Source: an uncultured Muribaculaceae bacterium (GTDB lineage Bacteria > Bacteroidota > Bacteroidia > Bacteroidales > Muribaculaceae). Taken from it: DNA of 24,357 nucleotides. Under the pieces are notes generated by a model. It saw only the letters and a list, made by a program, of their open reading frames with translations. It was not told where the DNA came from and made no database searches. Positions 1 through 8,304 of the stretch are shown piece after piece (position 1 is the first letter of the stretch; each line of letters starts with the position of its first letter). The stretch spans positions 1-24,357 of the forward strand of contig CAZCEB010000001.1 of NCBI GenBank assembly GCA_964497305.1, written 5' to 3'. A program made the translations under genes and the position numbers.

Positions 1-1
1 T

Positions 2-58
2 GGTTCAACCTCAAATAATGCGGCTCGTGCCAATGCTCGTTCTTTATTAAACATATAA
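2..58 (+). CDS. recN: 3' end of upstream gene, probably DNA repair protein RecN (partial)
   Basis: An open frame from the window edge reads GSTSNNAARANARSLLNI*, resembling the RecN C-terminus (..G....aA..nA.eLL). recN precedes rlmB in Bacteroidales as I recall. Only 18 aa are visible. Confidence 0.6.
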   Translation, partial: GSTSNNAARANARSLLNI

Positions 59-71
59 ATTCTACCAACAC

Positions 72-827
72 ATGGAACGTAGCGAATATATTTTTGGAAT
101 ACGTGCTGTCATCGAAGCAATAGATGCAGGAAAACAAATTGATAAAATATTCATAAGAAAAGACCTTCAAGGAGAACTTGTCGGTGAGCTATTTGAATTA
201 ATTAAATCTCATCGCATAGTTACACAACGAGTTCCCATTGAGCGTATAAATAAAATTACACGCAAAAATCATCAAGGCGTCGTTGCTATCTTATCAGCAG
301 TAACTTATTACTCTCTTGATAATATTGTTCCACAACTTTATGAAGATGGGTTATTACCATTTATTGTTGTACTTGATGGGATTACAGATGTACGTAATTT
401 TGGAGCAATTGCACGTACATGCGAATGTGTAGGCGCAAATGCAATTGTTATTCCTGAACGAGGTAGTGTAAGTGTAAATGCCGATGCAGTAAAAACATCA
501 GCGGGTGCATTACATCACATTCCTGTGTGTCGAGAACGAAATATCATGAGTGCAGTAAGATTTCTGAAAGATAACGGATATCAAATTGTTGCTGCTTCAG
601 AAAAAGCCGAAATTAATTACACTCAAGCTGATTATACTACTCCTATTGCACTTGTAATGGGAGCTGAAGATGTTGGTGTTTCATCTGAAGTAATCAGACA
701 GTGCGATACATTTGTATCTATCCCAATGTTTGGCAATATAAGTTCTCTAAATGTATCAGTAGCAGCAGGAGTCATGATGTATGAAGTAGTGCGTCAACGA
801 CTTGCCGCAGACATGGACGTAATATAA
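72..827 (+). CDS. rlmB: 23S rRNA (guanosine-2'-O)-methyltransferase RlmB, TrmH/SpoU family
   Basis: N-terminal IFGIRAVIEAI substrate-binding domain and HQGVVA. SPOUT motifs LDGITDVRNFGAIART, VMGAEDVG and IPMFGNISSLNVSVAAG. Confidence 0.92.
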   Translation: MERSEYIFGIRAVIEAIDAGKQIDKIFIRKDLQGELVGELFELIKSHRIVTQRVPIERINKITRKNHQGVVAILSAVTYYSLDNIVPQLYEDGLLPFIVVLDGITDVRNFGAIARTCECVGANAIVIPERGSVSVNADAVKTSAGALHHIPVCRERNIMSAVRFLKDNGYQIVAASEKAEINYTQADYTTPIALVMGAEDVGVSSEVIRQCDTFVSIPMFGNISSLNVSVAAGVMMYEVVRQRLAADMDVI

Positions 828-851
828 TTTAAACTAACGATATACAATAAA

Positions 852-2042
852 ATGGCAAAATTAGGCTCAGTAATGACCTCTGTTGGTCGCAAAGCATTAT
901 TATTAGGAAGTGGAGAATTAGGTAAAGAAGTTGCTATTGAACTTCAGCGATATGGTGTTGAAGTTATTGCATGTGATAAATATGCCAATGCTCCGGCTAT
1001 GCAAATAGCCCACCGCTCACATGTTTTTAACATGCTTGACGGCAATAAACTACGTGAAATAATTGAATTAGAGAAACCTGATCACATCATTCCTGAAGTT
1101 GAAGCCATCGCAACTCCAGTTTTGAAAGAATTAGAGGCTGAAGGATATAATGTAACACCGACAGCTAATGCAGCATGGCTAACAATGAATCGTGAAGGAA
1201 TTCGCCGTCTTGCTGCAGAAGAACTCGGAGTAAAAACATCTCCTTATCGTTTTGCATCTGACTATGATGAATTCAAAGCGGCAGTAGAAGAAATTGGAAT
1301 ACCTTGCGTCGTAAAACCCATTATGAGTTCTTCCGGACATGGACAAAGCGTAATCAAAACTGAAAACGATATTGAAAAATCTTGGAAAATAGCACAAGAA
1401 GGTGGTCGCGCAGGAGCAGGTCGTGTTATTGTTGAAGGTTTTGTAAATTTTGACTATGAAATAACATTATTAACTGTTCGTAGTTGCTCTGGTACTACAT
1501 TCTGCGCGCCTGTAGGACACATTCAAATAGATGGAGACTATCGCTATTCATGGCAACCACAGGCAATGAGCGACAAAGCTCTTGCTTCGGCTCAAGAAAT
1601 TGCTAAAAAAGTAACAGATGCACTTGGTGGATATGGCATATTTGGGGTGGAATTGTTTATTCAAGGCGATACTATAATATTTAGTGAAGTTTCTCCACGT
1701 CCACATGATACCGGTATGGTTACAATGATATCACAAGATCTTAGCGAATTTGCACTACATGCTCGCGCATTACTTGGACTTCCTGTGCCATCAATTCGTT
1801 TCCTCGGTCCTTCTGCATCACGTGCAGTTGTTGTTGAAGGAGACACCGACAAAATTGAAATGGATAACCTTGAACAAGTTCTTGCGGAACCAGGGGTACA
1901 GATGCGTATTTTTGGCAAACCAGAAATAAACGGACATCGACGCATGGCTGTTATCCTTGCAACAGATGAAACAGTTGAAGCAGCACGCGAAAAAGCTGAA
2001 CGTGCTTACAATGCACTCCGTATTAATGTATTACCTCGATAA
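852..2042 (+). CDS. purT: formate-dependent phosphoribosylglycinamide formyltransferase (GAR transformylase 2)
   Basis: [59 protein letters not shown] and FGKP are diagnostic PurT ATP-grasp motifs. Confidence 0.97.
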   Translation: MAKLGSVMTSVGRKALLLGSGELGKEVAIELQRYGVEVIACDKYANAPAMQIAHRSHVFNMLDGNKLREIIELEKPDHIIPEVEAIATPVLKELEAEGYNVTPTANAAWLTMNREGIRRLAAEELGVKTSPYRFASDYDEFKAAVEEIGIPCVVKPIMSSSGHGQSVIKTENDIEKSWKIAQEGGRAGAGRVIVEGFVNFDYEITLLTVRSCSGTTFCAPVGHIQIDGDYRYSWQPQAMSDKALASAQEIAKKVTDALGGYGIFGVELFIQGDTIIFSEVSPRPHDTGMVTMISQDLSEFALHARALLGLPVPSIRFLGPSASRAVVVEGDTDKIEMDNLEQVLAEPGVQMRIFGKPEINGHRRMAVILATDETVEAAREKAERAYNALRINVLPR

Positions 2043-2067
2043 CTTCATTATCATATATATAAATGAC

Positions 2068-2096
2068 AAAGGAGCTGTATATTATTCAGCTCCTTT
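2068..2096. terminator. bidirectional intrinsic terminator between convergent purT and the FadL-like gene
   Basis: AAAGGAGCTG-tatattatt-CAGCTCCTTT is a perfect 10-bp inverted repeat with A/T flanks. Confidence 0.85.
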
Positions 2097-2117
2097 ATTC
2101 TTTTTATACTCAATTAA

Positions 2118-3761
2118 TTAAAACTTATACCCAACGCTTAAAACTAACTGGTTATTGTTATCTTTAATTTTTGCCGAATTTGATCGTTCTGTAACCTCAT
2201 AGTCATTCATCATTTCATTAAATTCTCCAAATGATGAGAATGCACGATATTCACTCTTGCGTGTTTTATGAACATATGCCATATCAATATAAAATCCTTT
2301 ATAACGATATCCACAACCGGCAGTTATATATTGAATAGAACTGTCAAAAGTATAAGCCGGATTAGTTCCTAATGTATTTGTTCCAGATGTATATATATAT
2401 ATATCATTATCTATTGCAACATCTTTTGCCGGAGATGATTGATAACTATAGCCTGCCCTTAAACTAAATGATGGTGTTACACGATACTCTCCTCCAAGAC
2501 GAATTATGTGAGATGCTTGATAATAATTGTCTATATCATCACTTTCTGCATAATATTCATTCCCATCAGGATCAGAGACTCTCATACTATTATAACCAAC
2601 ATATTCATAGTCCATGCTCAAAATACCACGTCCACCGATTACTCCTGCGGCACTCAAAATTAGACGCCATGGAGTTCGCAAGTCATAATCGTAATATCCA
2701 TCGTCAACTTCTACATATCCCTCTTTTGTTGCAATAGTTTGGATATCACCTGTTAGAGCTTCGACTTCCTTTGCGTAACTATATTTTATTCCGGCATAAG
2801 CCTCATGTTGAAGGTCATAGAACGTTGGAGTATGAACTGCAATTCCAAGTCGCAACTCATTGATTGGCTTAAATATCAAACCAGCTTTGAAATTAAAGCC
2901 ATTACCTCTCACATGTTGATAATTACCTAATTCATACCACCCATTTCCTGTTGTTGTACCTATTTCATCTCCATTTTCATTAGCATTTACAACGCGAGCA
3001 CCTGTTAACTCCTCATCATAATAAGCTGCGGAGGTAAAACTAATATCTGTAAAACCAAATCCAATACCCCAATAGAGAGTATTCATTATATTTCCACCAA
3101 AATTAATGCTATATTCATCAACATATCCTTTTTCTCGCACATCAAACGTTGCATTACCTCTTGTTCCATCTTGATACATTCCATCATAGGAACTATTTCC
3201 ATTAGGATGAATCATATATGCATCATAAGCCAAAATACTCAGCCATGGAGCATAAGAATCATAATAACTCATATTTAATTCTCCTTCGTCCCATCCATTT
3301 GTAAAATTTGCCACATAATTGCTCATTGATGTATTTAAATGTGGTATATATCCTCTATATTTTCTGTCAAATGATGCAACTCGATTAAATGAAGCTCCCC
3401 AAGTAAAATATGGCATCACTTCACTATCTAATTTTACAGCACCAACATATCCAAAATTATTGCATGTAAATTTTGTTTGATCTGATTTCATTGTACTCCC
3501 CATTGAATTAGTCTTTGTTCCCTGGAAATCAAGATTTAAAGACATTCCTATCTCACTTGAACGATAGACACCGATACCCGCCGGATTTTGATTTAATGTA
3601 GACAAATCTCCACCGAGAGCTCCAAAAGCTCCTGCCATAGACATAAATCGTGCCGTACCCTTTAAATCGGATTGAGAAAGCTGATATGCGTCAATCGCAC
3701 TTTGTGCAACTGCTATCATTGGGCATATTCCTACTAAAGCTATAATAATTGACTTTTTCAT
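2118..3761 (-). CDS. outer-membrane beta-barrel, OmpP1/FadL/TodX family (often annotated hemin receptor or long-chain fatty acid transporter)
   Basis: Sec signal peptide MKKSIIIALVGICPMIAVA. N-terminal hatch motif GTARFMSMAGAFGALGGDLS..NQNPAG, LGIAVHTPT, amphipathic strands and C-terminal SVGYKF. Confidence 0.85.
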   Translation of the reverse strand: MKKSIIIALVGICPMIAVAQSAIDAYQLSQSDLKGTARFMSMAGAFGALGGDLSTLNQNPAGIGVYRSSEIGMSLNLDFQGTKTNSMGSTMKSDQTKFTCNNFGYVGAVKLDSEVMPYFTWGASFNRVASFDRKYRGYIPHLNTSMSNYVANFTNGWDEGELNMSYYDSYAPWLSILAYDAYMIHPNGNSSYDGMYQDGTRGNATFDVREKGYVDEYSINFGGNIMNTLYWGIGFGFTDISFTSAAYYDEELTGARVVNANENGDEIGTTTGNGWYELGNYQHVRGNGFNFKAGLIFKPINELRLGIAVHTPTFYDLQHEAYAGIKYSYAKEVEALTGDIQTIATKEGYVEVDDGYYDYDLRTPWRLILSAAGVIGGRGILSMDYEYVGYNSMRVSDPDGNEYYAESDDIDNYYQASHIIRLGGEYRVTPSFSLRAGYSYQSSPAKDVAIDNDIYIYTSGTNTLGTNPAYTFDSSIQYITAGCGYRYKGFYIDMAYVHKTRKSEYRAFSSFGEFNEMMNDYEVTERSNSAKIKDNNNQLVLSVGYKF

Positions 3762-3801
3762 AATTGCAACATTTTAGAATTAATTTATAACCGATGATTA
3801 A

Positions 3802-4791
3802 TTAATGGCGACCACCACGTCTTCCACCACTACTTCGACCTCCTCCACTATAGCCACTGCTTCGAGAACTTCCTGATGATGAGCGATAAGAACTTCCTCT
3901 ATTGCCACTATTTGATGGGCGAGAGTATCCATCATTTCTTGTACCGGAATTTCTATTACCCGAATTTGAAACACTTGAGTCCCTATTTGACTGGCGACGC
4001 CCTGATGATACCGAAGAGCCTTTTGAACTTTCTCCACTTGGGCGATAATATCCGCTGTGTCGTGAAGGAGTACCTCCCGGACGGCGACCCGGTTCATAAC
4101 GTCCTCCCGGGCGAGATGGACGATAGGATGGTCTTGATGGATAATGAGGTACCGGTCTTACATAATGAGGGGGATAATATCCCGGATACCAAGATGGACC
4201 CCAATAGTTATACCAACTCCAATATGGTGAGTAGTACCATGATGGACCATACCAAGAATCATAATACCAAGGTGAATGCCATGACCAATACCATGAACTA
4301 TAAGGATAACTCCAATATGTAGGCGTATTTACATATATATTAATCTCAGCCGGTTGCTCTTGAGAACTATAATAATAATCTTTTAATTCAGCATCATTTG
4401 AGCCACTCACAACCGAAGGGTTATAGAATCTCTCAATTCTACGAGTATATGTAAAATCTTCTGTTGCAATTGAGTCTATCAATGCTGTTCCTGAGTAATT
4501 CTCAACTCCACGTCTATTATATTCATCTACATCACGTGTTGATGTACCATTGATTGAATATGTATCTGCAGCAGGATAATCATCATCATAATAATATGAT
4601 GTTGAGTTATTCCGTATAGTAGTTTTTTTTGTCTGTTGTTTCTTTTCTACTTTCTTTTCCTTCGAAGCATCATAATATATGTCATCGTCATAGTAACTTT
4701 GAGCGGTCATAAAATTACCCCAACCAGCCAAAACTATAAATAACATTAAATTTCTAACGTTCATCATAATTCTTCTTGTTTTAGATTTCAT
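3802..4791 (-). CDS. exported hypothetical protein with a Trp/Tyr-rich block and an Arg/Ser/Gly-rich disordered tail
   Basis: 329-aa ORF (start may be 4767 or 4764) with a signal peptide ending ..MTA-QS. Motifs DDIYY, DVDEYNRRG and DFTYTRRIERFYNP. It ends 40 bp upstream of the barrel gene on the same strand. Confidence 0.85.
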   Translation of the reverse strand: MKSKTRRIMMNVRNLMLFIVLAGWGNFMTAQSYYDDDIYYDASKEKKVEKKQQTKKTTIRNNSTSYYYDDDYPAADTYSINGTSTRDVDEYNRRGVENYSGTALIDSIATEDFTYTRRIERFYNPSVVSGSNDAELKDYYYSSQEQPAEINIYVNTPTYWSYPYSSWYWSWHSPWYYDSWYGPSWYYSPYWSWYNYWGPSWYPGYYPPHYVRPVPHYPSRPSYRPSRPGGRYEPGRRPGGTPSRHSGYYRPSGESSKGSSVSSGRRQSNRDSSVSNSGNRNSGTRNDGYSRPSNSGNRGSSYRSSSGSSRSSGYSGGGRSSGGRRGGRH

Positions 4792-4853
4792 TTTGTATCA
4801 AGTAAACTATTAATTGGACATAACATCCAACTAATAGTTTAATCTTTATCATA

Positions 4854-4861
4854 CAAATCTA
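4854..4861 (-). promoter_or_regulatory. Bacteroidota housekeeping promoter -7 element (TAGATTTG) for the low-complexity protein/FadL operon
   Basis: Matches TAnnTTTG about 60 bp upstream of the ATG. No clear -33 TTTG. Confidence 0.55.
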
Positions 4862-4958
4862 ACACAAAAATATTGATTTTAGGCTTAAATGTCCAATTTA
4901 TAACATTAATAAGAACATATTTAACAATTACGGATATCGAGTATATAAAATTTATTTT

Positions 4959-5513
4959 TCACTCCTTTTTATCTGGTTTCATTTCAAATGAGGAAGATAC
5001 AAGAGTAATGCCCCAATATATAAATGCCAACGAGATCAAAGTACTTACCATTATTATATCCTCAAAATATCCGGCTCCAATGAAAAAGAATCCAATAAAC
5101 ATCATCAACATTCCATTTAGCAACCTTATCCACCAAAATTTATATTGACGTATTAATATTGATTCTATAACTGATGTTGCACCCCAATAAATGAATACTA
5201 TTGCCAAAAAATAAGGCAACATTACTTCTGCCAACGCGATACGATCAACCAGCATAAATCCAATAAATATATTCAATATTCCACCGACAAACCACCAACC
5301 CCATCCACGTGGACGATTACGACCCGTTGCAATCAGCAATTGTACAACTCCGGTACCTACAAGCATCCATCCAAACAACAATGACGCAACGACATAGCCT
5401 TCTGCCGGCAAAATCCAATAAGCCATTCCACACACAACCATTAAAATACCTACTAACATTATTGCCCACCAATATTTTGACTGGCAAAGTTTCTTTAAAT
5501 TCATAGCATCCAT
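4959..5513 (-). CDS. HdeD/DUF308-family membrane protein
   Basis: About 6 hydrophobic segments. WWAIMLVGILMVVCG..P, LFGWMLVGTGVVQL, WGWWFVGGILNIFIG and WWIRLLNGMLMMFIG form the repeated DUF308 pattern. Confidence 0.85.
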   Translation of the reverse strand: MDAMNLKKLCQSKYWWAIMLVGILMVVCGMAYWILPAEGYVVASLLFGWMLVGTGVVQLLIATGRNRPRGWGWWFVGGILNIFIGFMLVDRIALAEVMLPYFLAIVFIYWGATSVIESILIRQYKFWWIRLLNGMLMMFIGFFFIGAGYFEDIIMVSTLISLAFIYWGITLVSSSFEMKPDKKE

Positions 5514-5619
5514 AATTTTTATAATTTAAACTTGATTTTGGTTTATCAATAAAACAATCATTTCACATTTTTGTTGAATACTATTGAAAAACAACATATT
5601 TTTATAAAAACATGGAACT

Positions 5620-6915
5620 ATGAAAAAGACATTTTTTATTACAATGTGCTTGATGTCTTTTTTGCTTATCAATGCAAAAACATCAGATGAAATTCAACTT
5701 GATTCATTAAAAAACAGCCATCAAATTGTATTTATTGGAGATGGAGATAATCCACACAAAGACTCAATACGGGCAATGGTAGATATGTTCTATATGGACC
5801 AATTTCGCCATTTTCAAGATCCTCGAGCTCCATATTTTTTATTCATGAGTAAAGATAGCCAATTAGCGATGGGTATAGGAGGAGTTGTTCGTATGCGTGG
5901 TTGGTATGATTGGGGAGGAATTATTCCTTATAATGGATTTATCCCTTATGCGATTTCAGTTCCTCGAGACAATATAAATCGTAAAAAAATAAGTACTACG
6001 CCCGCAGGAACGGCTCTATTTTTTCGAGTAATCGGTCGTAATCACACTCTCGGAGACTATCAATTATACATAGAAACCAATTTTGATGGCTATAATCAAG
6101 TGGGAATGAAATTAAAGAAAGCTTATGCAACGGTCAATGATTGGACCATAGGATATGCCAACTCTACATTTGGGGACCCGGCAGCATTTCCTCCATTAAT
6201 TGACGCTCAAGGTCCACAAGCCGAAATTCAAACGACTGCCGTACTCGTTCGATGGATGCACTCCTTTGATAAAAATTGGACAGCTGCTGCATCTATAGAA
6301 ACACCGCAATCTCAAATTGGATACGACAACGAGACCACAGGAAAACTCAATGATTGGGCTCCAAATATTGCTGCATTTGGACAATTTGGGTGGGGACATA
6401 ATGAACACATACGACTATCAGGAATTATGCGAATCCTTCCCTATCAAGATATTATAAATAATACCAACGAAAAATGCATTGGATGGGGATTACAACTTAG
6501 TTCAATATTTCGTCCGGCAGATCCATTAACAGTATATGCAACCGTAAATGCAGGACGAGGATATGGCAGCCTCACAGGCGACTTGATAATGACAAATTTT
6601 GATTTAATAAATAATCCCAACCAACCGGGAGATATGTATGCACCATCATCATGGGCATGGTATGGAGCCTTACAATATCACATACGCCCCAATTTGTTTG
6701 TAAGTGCGACCATCGGACAAGAGCGCTTTGCACCATCTCATTCTATTGATCCTTCTACATATAAATATGGCCTTTATAGCGCGATGAATATATTTTGGGA
6801 CATAACCCCCCGGGTACAAGTAGCAGCCGAAGTCAATCTTGGAAAACGACAAAATTTCAATGGAGACCACAACTATGCTCGTCGCGCTTGCCTCATGACT
6901 CAATTCTCCTTCTAA
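5620..6915 (+). CDS. DcaP-family trimeric outer-membrane porin
   Basis: Signal peptide, F.PY.I, YIETNFDG, LKKAYAT..WTIGYANSTFGD, ASIETP and C-terminal TQFSF. The FRHFQDPRAPYFLFMSKD N-terminal segment is typical of the Bacteroidales members as I recall them. Confidence 0.75.
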   Translation: MKKTFFITMCLMSFLLINAKTSDEIQLDSLKNSHQIVFIGDGDNPHKDSIRAMVDMFYMDQFRHFQDPRAPYFLFMSKDSQLAMGIGGVVRMRGWYDWGGIIPYNGFIPYAISVPRDNINRKKISTTPAGTALFFRVIGRNHTLGDYQLYIETNFDGYNQVGMKLKKAYATVNDWTIGYANSTFGDPAAFPPLIDAQGPQAEIQTTAVLVRWMHSFDKNWTAAASIETPQSQIGYDNETTGKLNDWAPNIAAFGQFGWGHNEHIRLSGIMRILPYQDIINNTNEKCIGWGLQLSSIFRPADPLTVYATVNAGRGYGSLTGDLIMTNFDLINNPNQPGDMYAPSSWAWYGALQYHIRPNLFVSATIGQERFAPSHSIDPSTYKYGLYSAMNIFWDITPRVQVAAEVNLGKRQNFNGDHNYARRACLMTQFSF

Positions 6916-6956
6916 ATTATATTATTAAATCTTCAATGAACAATTATCTTGAAATT

Positions 6957-6988
6957 ATTGCTATTTATACAGGAATTTTGTAACTTTG
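6957..6988 (+). promoter_or_regulatory. housekeeping promoter of rplY-pth-hslR
   Basis: -7 element TAACTTTG at 6981-6988 followed by CG. Near-consensus -33 ATTG at 6957-6960 with a 20-nt spacer. Confidence 0.8.
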
Positions 6989-7075
6989 CGGTCGCTTTTT
7001 AGCATCCCGTGTGATGGGAAATTAAGGAGCATTATTTTTCACTTAATTTTTAGTAACACATTTAATTAAAAAACA

Positions 7076-7729
7076 ATGAAAGTATTTCAATTGGCTGCTG
7101 AGCCTCGTACTGATCTTGGCAAAAAAGCAACAAAAGCTCTTCGCAACGAAAACAAAATTCCTGCAGTTCTTAATGGTGGGGAACTTGTAAATCTTCCTTA
7201 TTCAGGAACTCTTAAAGCTGGAGAAAAAGTAGTAGAAATCGCAAATGGCAAAGGTCTTATCACTACAGACCTCGTTGTTTCTCTTGATTCTGTTCGCAAA
7301 CTTATTTACACTCCTGATATTTTTGCTATCGAACTTACTGTTAATGGAGAAAAGAAAATGGCTGTTCTTAAAGACATCCAATTCCATCCTGTAAAAGATT
7401 CTATTCTCCACATCGATTTCCTTGAAGTAAATGACAAGAAGCCTGTAACTATTGAGGTTCCTGTTAAACTTGAAGGTCACGCAGAAGGTGTTAAAGCCGG
7501 TGGTAAGTTGACATTATCAATGAAGAAAATCAAAGTTAAAGCAATTTATAGCAATATTCCAGAACGCGTAGTTATCAATGTAGATAACCTAGGTCTTGGT
7601 AAATCTCTTCAAATCGGAGAACTTAATTTCGAAGGTCTTGAATTGATGAATGCTAAGAATGCTGTTGTATGTGCAGTTCAGTTGACTCGCGCCGCTCGTG
7701 GTGCTGCTGCCGCTGCTGCTAAAAAATAA
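7076..7729 (+). CDS. rplY: 50S ribosomal protein L25 / general stress protein Ctc
   Basis: R..LGKKATKALR...IPAVL, KDIQFHPVKDSILHIDF, the C-terminal TL5/Ctc domain EVPVKLEG.AEGVKAGG, and position directly upstream of pth. Confidence 0.96.
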   Translation: MKVFQLAAEPRTDLGKKATKALRNENKIPAVLNGGELVNLPYSGTLKAGEKVVEIANGKGLITTDLVVSLDSVRKLIYTPDIFAIELTVNGEKKMAVLKDIQFHPVKDSILHIDFLEVNDKKPVTIEVPVKLEGHAEGVKAGGKLTLSMKKIKVKAIYSNIPERVVINVDNLGLGKSLQIGELNFEGLELMNAKNAVVCAVQLTRAARGAAAAAAKK

Positions 7730-7736
7730 TAAATGA

Positions 7737-8300
7737 ATGAAATATCTAATTGTGGGGCTTGGTAATATCGGTGATGAATACCGTAATACTCGCCACAACA
7801 TAGGTTTTAAAATATTGGATGCCTTTGCTGAGGCATCCAATATTTCTTTTGCAACTGAACGATATGGCGATATTGCTCGCGTTCGAGTAAAAAACAAACA
7901 ATTAATATTACTCAAGCCATCAACATATATGAACTTGAGCGGCAATGCTGTGCGTTATTGGAAAGAGAAAGAAGGAATTGAGCTTAACCACATACTCATA
8001 CTTGTTGATGACCTTGCTCTACCATTTGGTACTATACGCATAAAGGGACAAGGTAGTGATGCTGGACACAACGGACTAAAAAATATTGCAGAAATGCTTG
8101 GCACTAGCGCATACCCACGCTTACGATTCGGAATAGGGAATGATTTCCCTCGTGGCTGCCAAATAGACTATGTCTTAGGACCATTCTCTCTTGAGGAGCG
8201 TAATAAAATGCCTGAACGATTGGATATTGCCATTGACGCAATAAAATCTTTTTGTTTAGCCGGTATTCAATTAACAATGAATACATATAACAACAAGTAA
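7737..8300 (+). CDS. pth: peptidyl-tRNA hydrolase
   Basis: [40 protein letters not shown] and RLRFGIG. Confidence 0.98.
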   Translation: MKYLIVGLGNIGDEYRNTRHNIGFKILDAFAEASNISFATERYGDIARVRVKNKQLILLKPSTYMNLSGNAVRYWKEKEGIELNHILILVDDLALPFGTIRIKGQGSDAGHNGLKNIAEMLGTSAYPRLRFGIGNDFPRGCQIDYVLGPFSLEERNKMPERLDIAIDAIKSFCLAGIQLTMNTYNNK

Positions 8301-8304
8301 AAAA

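Noticed and set aside
3798..4097. 99-aa alternative-frame ORF on the same strand within the low-complexity gene (possible frameshift product)
   Set aside because: It is a by-product of Ser/Gly/Arg codon bias. The main frame is intact and I saw no slippery site.
4140..4320. Short recurring DNA words (TACCA, GATGGACC) suggestive of a repeat array or CRISPR
   Set aside because: They are explained by Trp/Tyr codons, with no constant repeat length or spacer periodicity.
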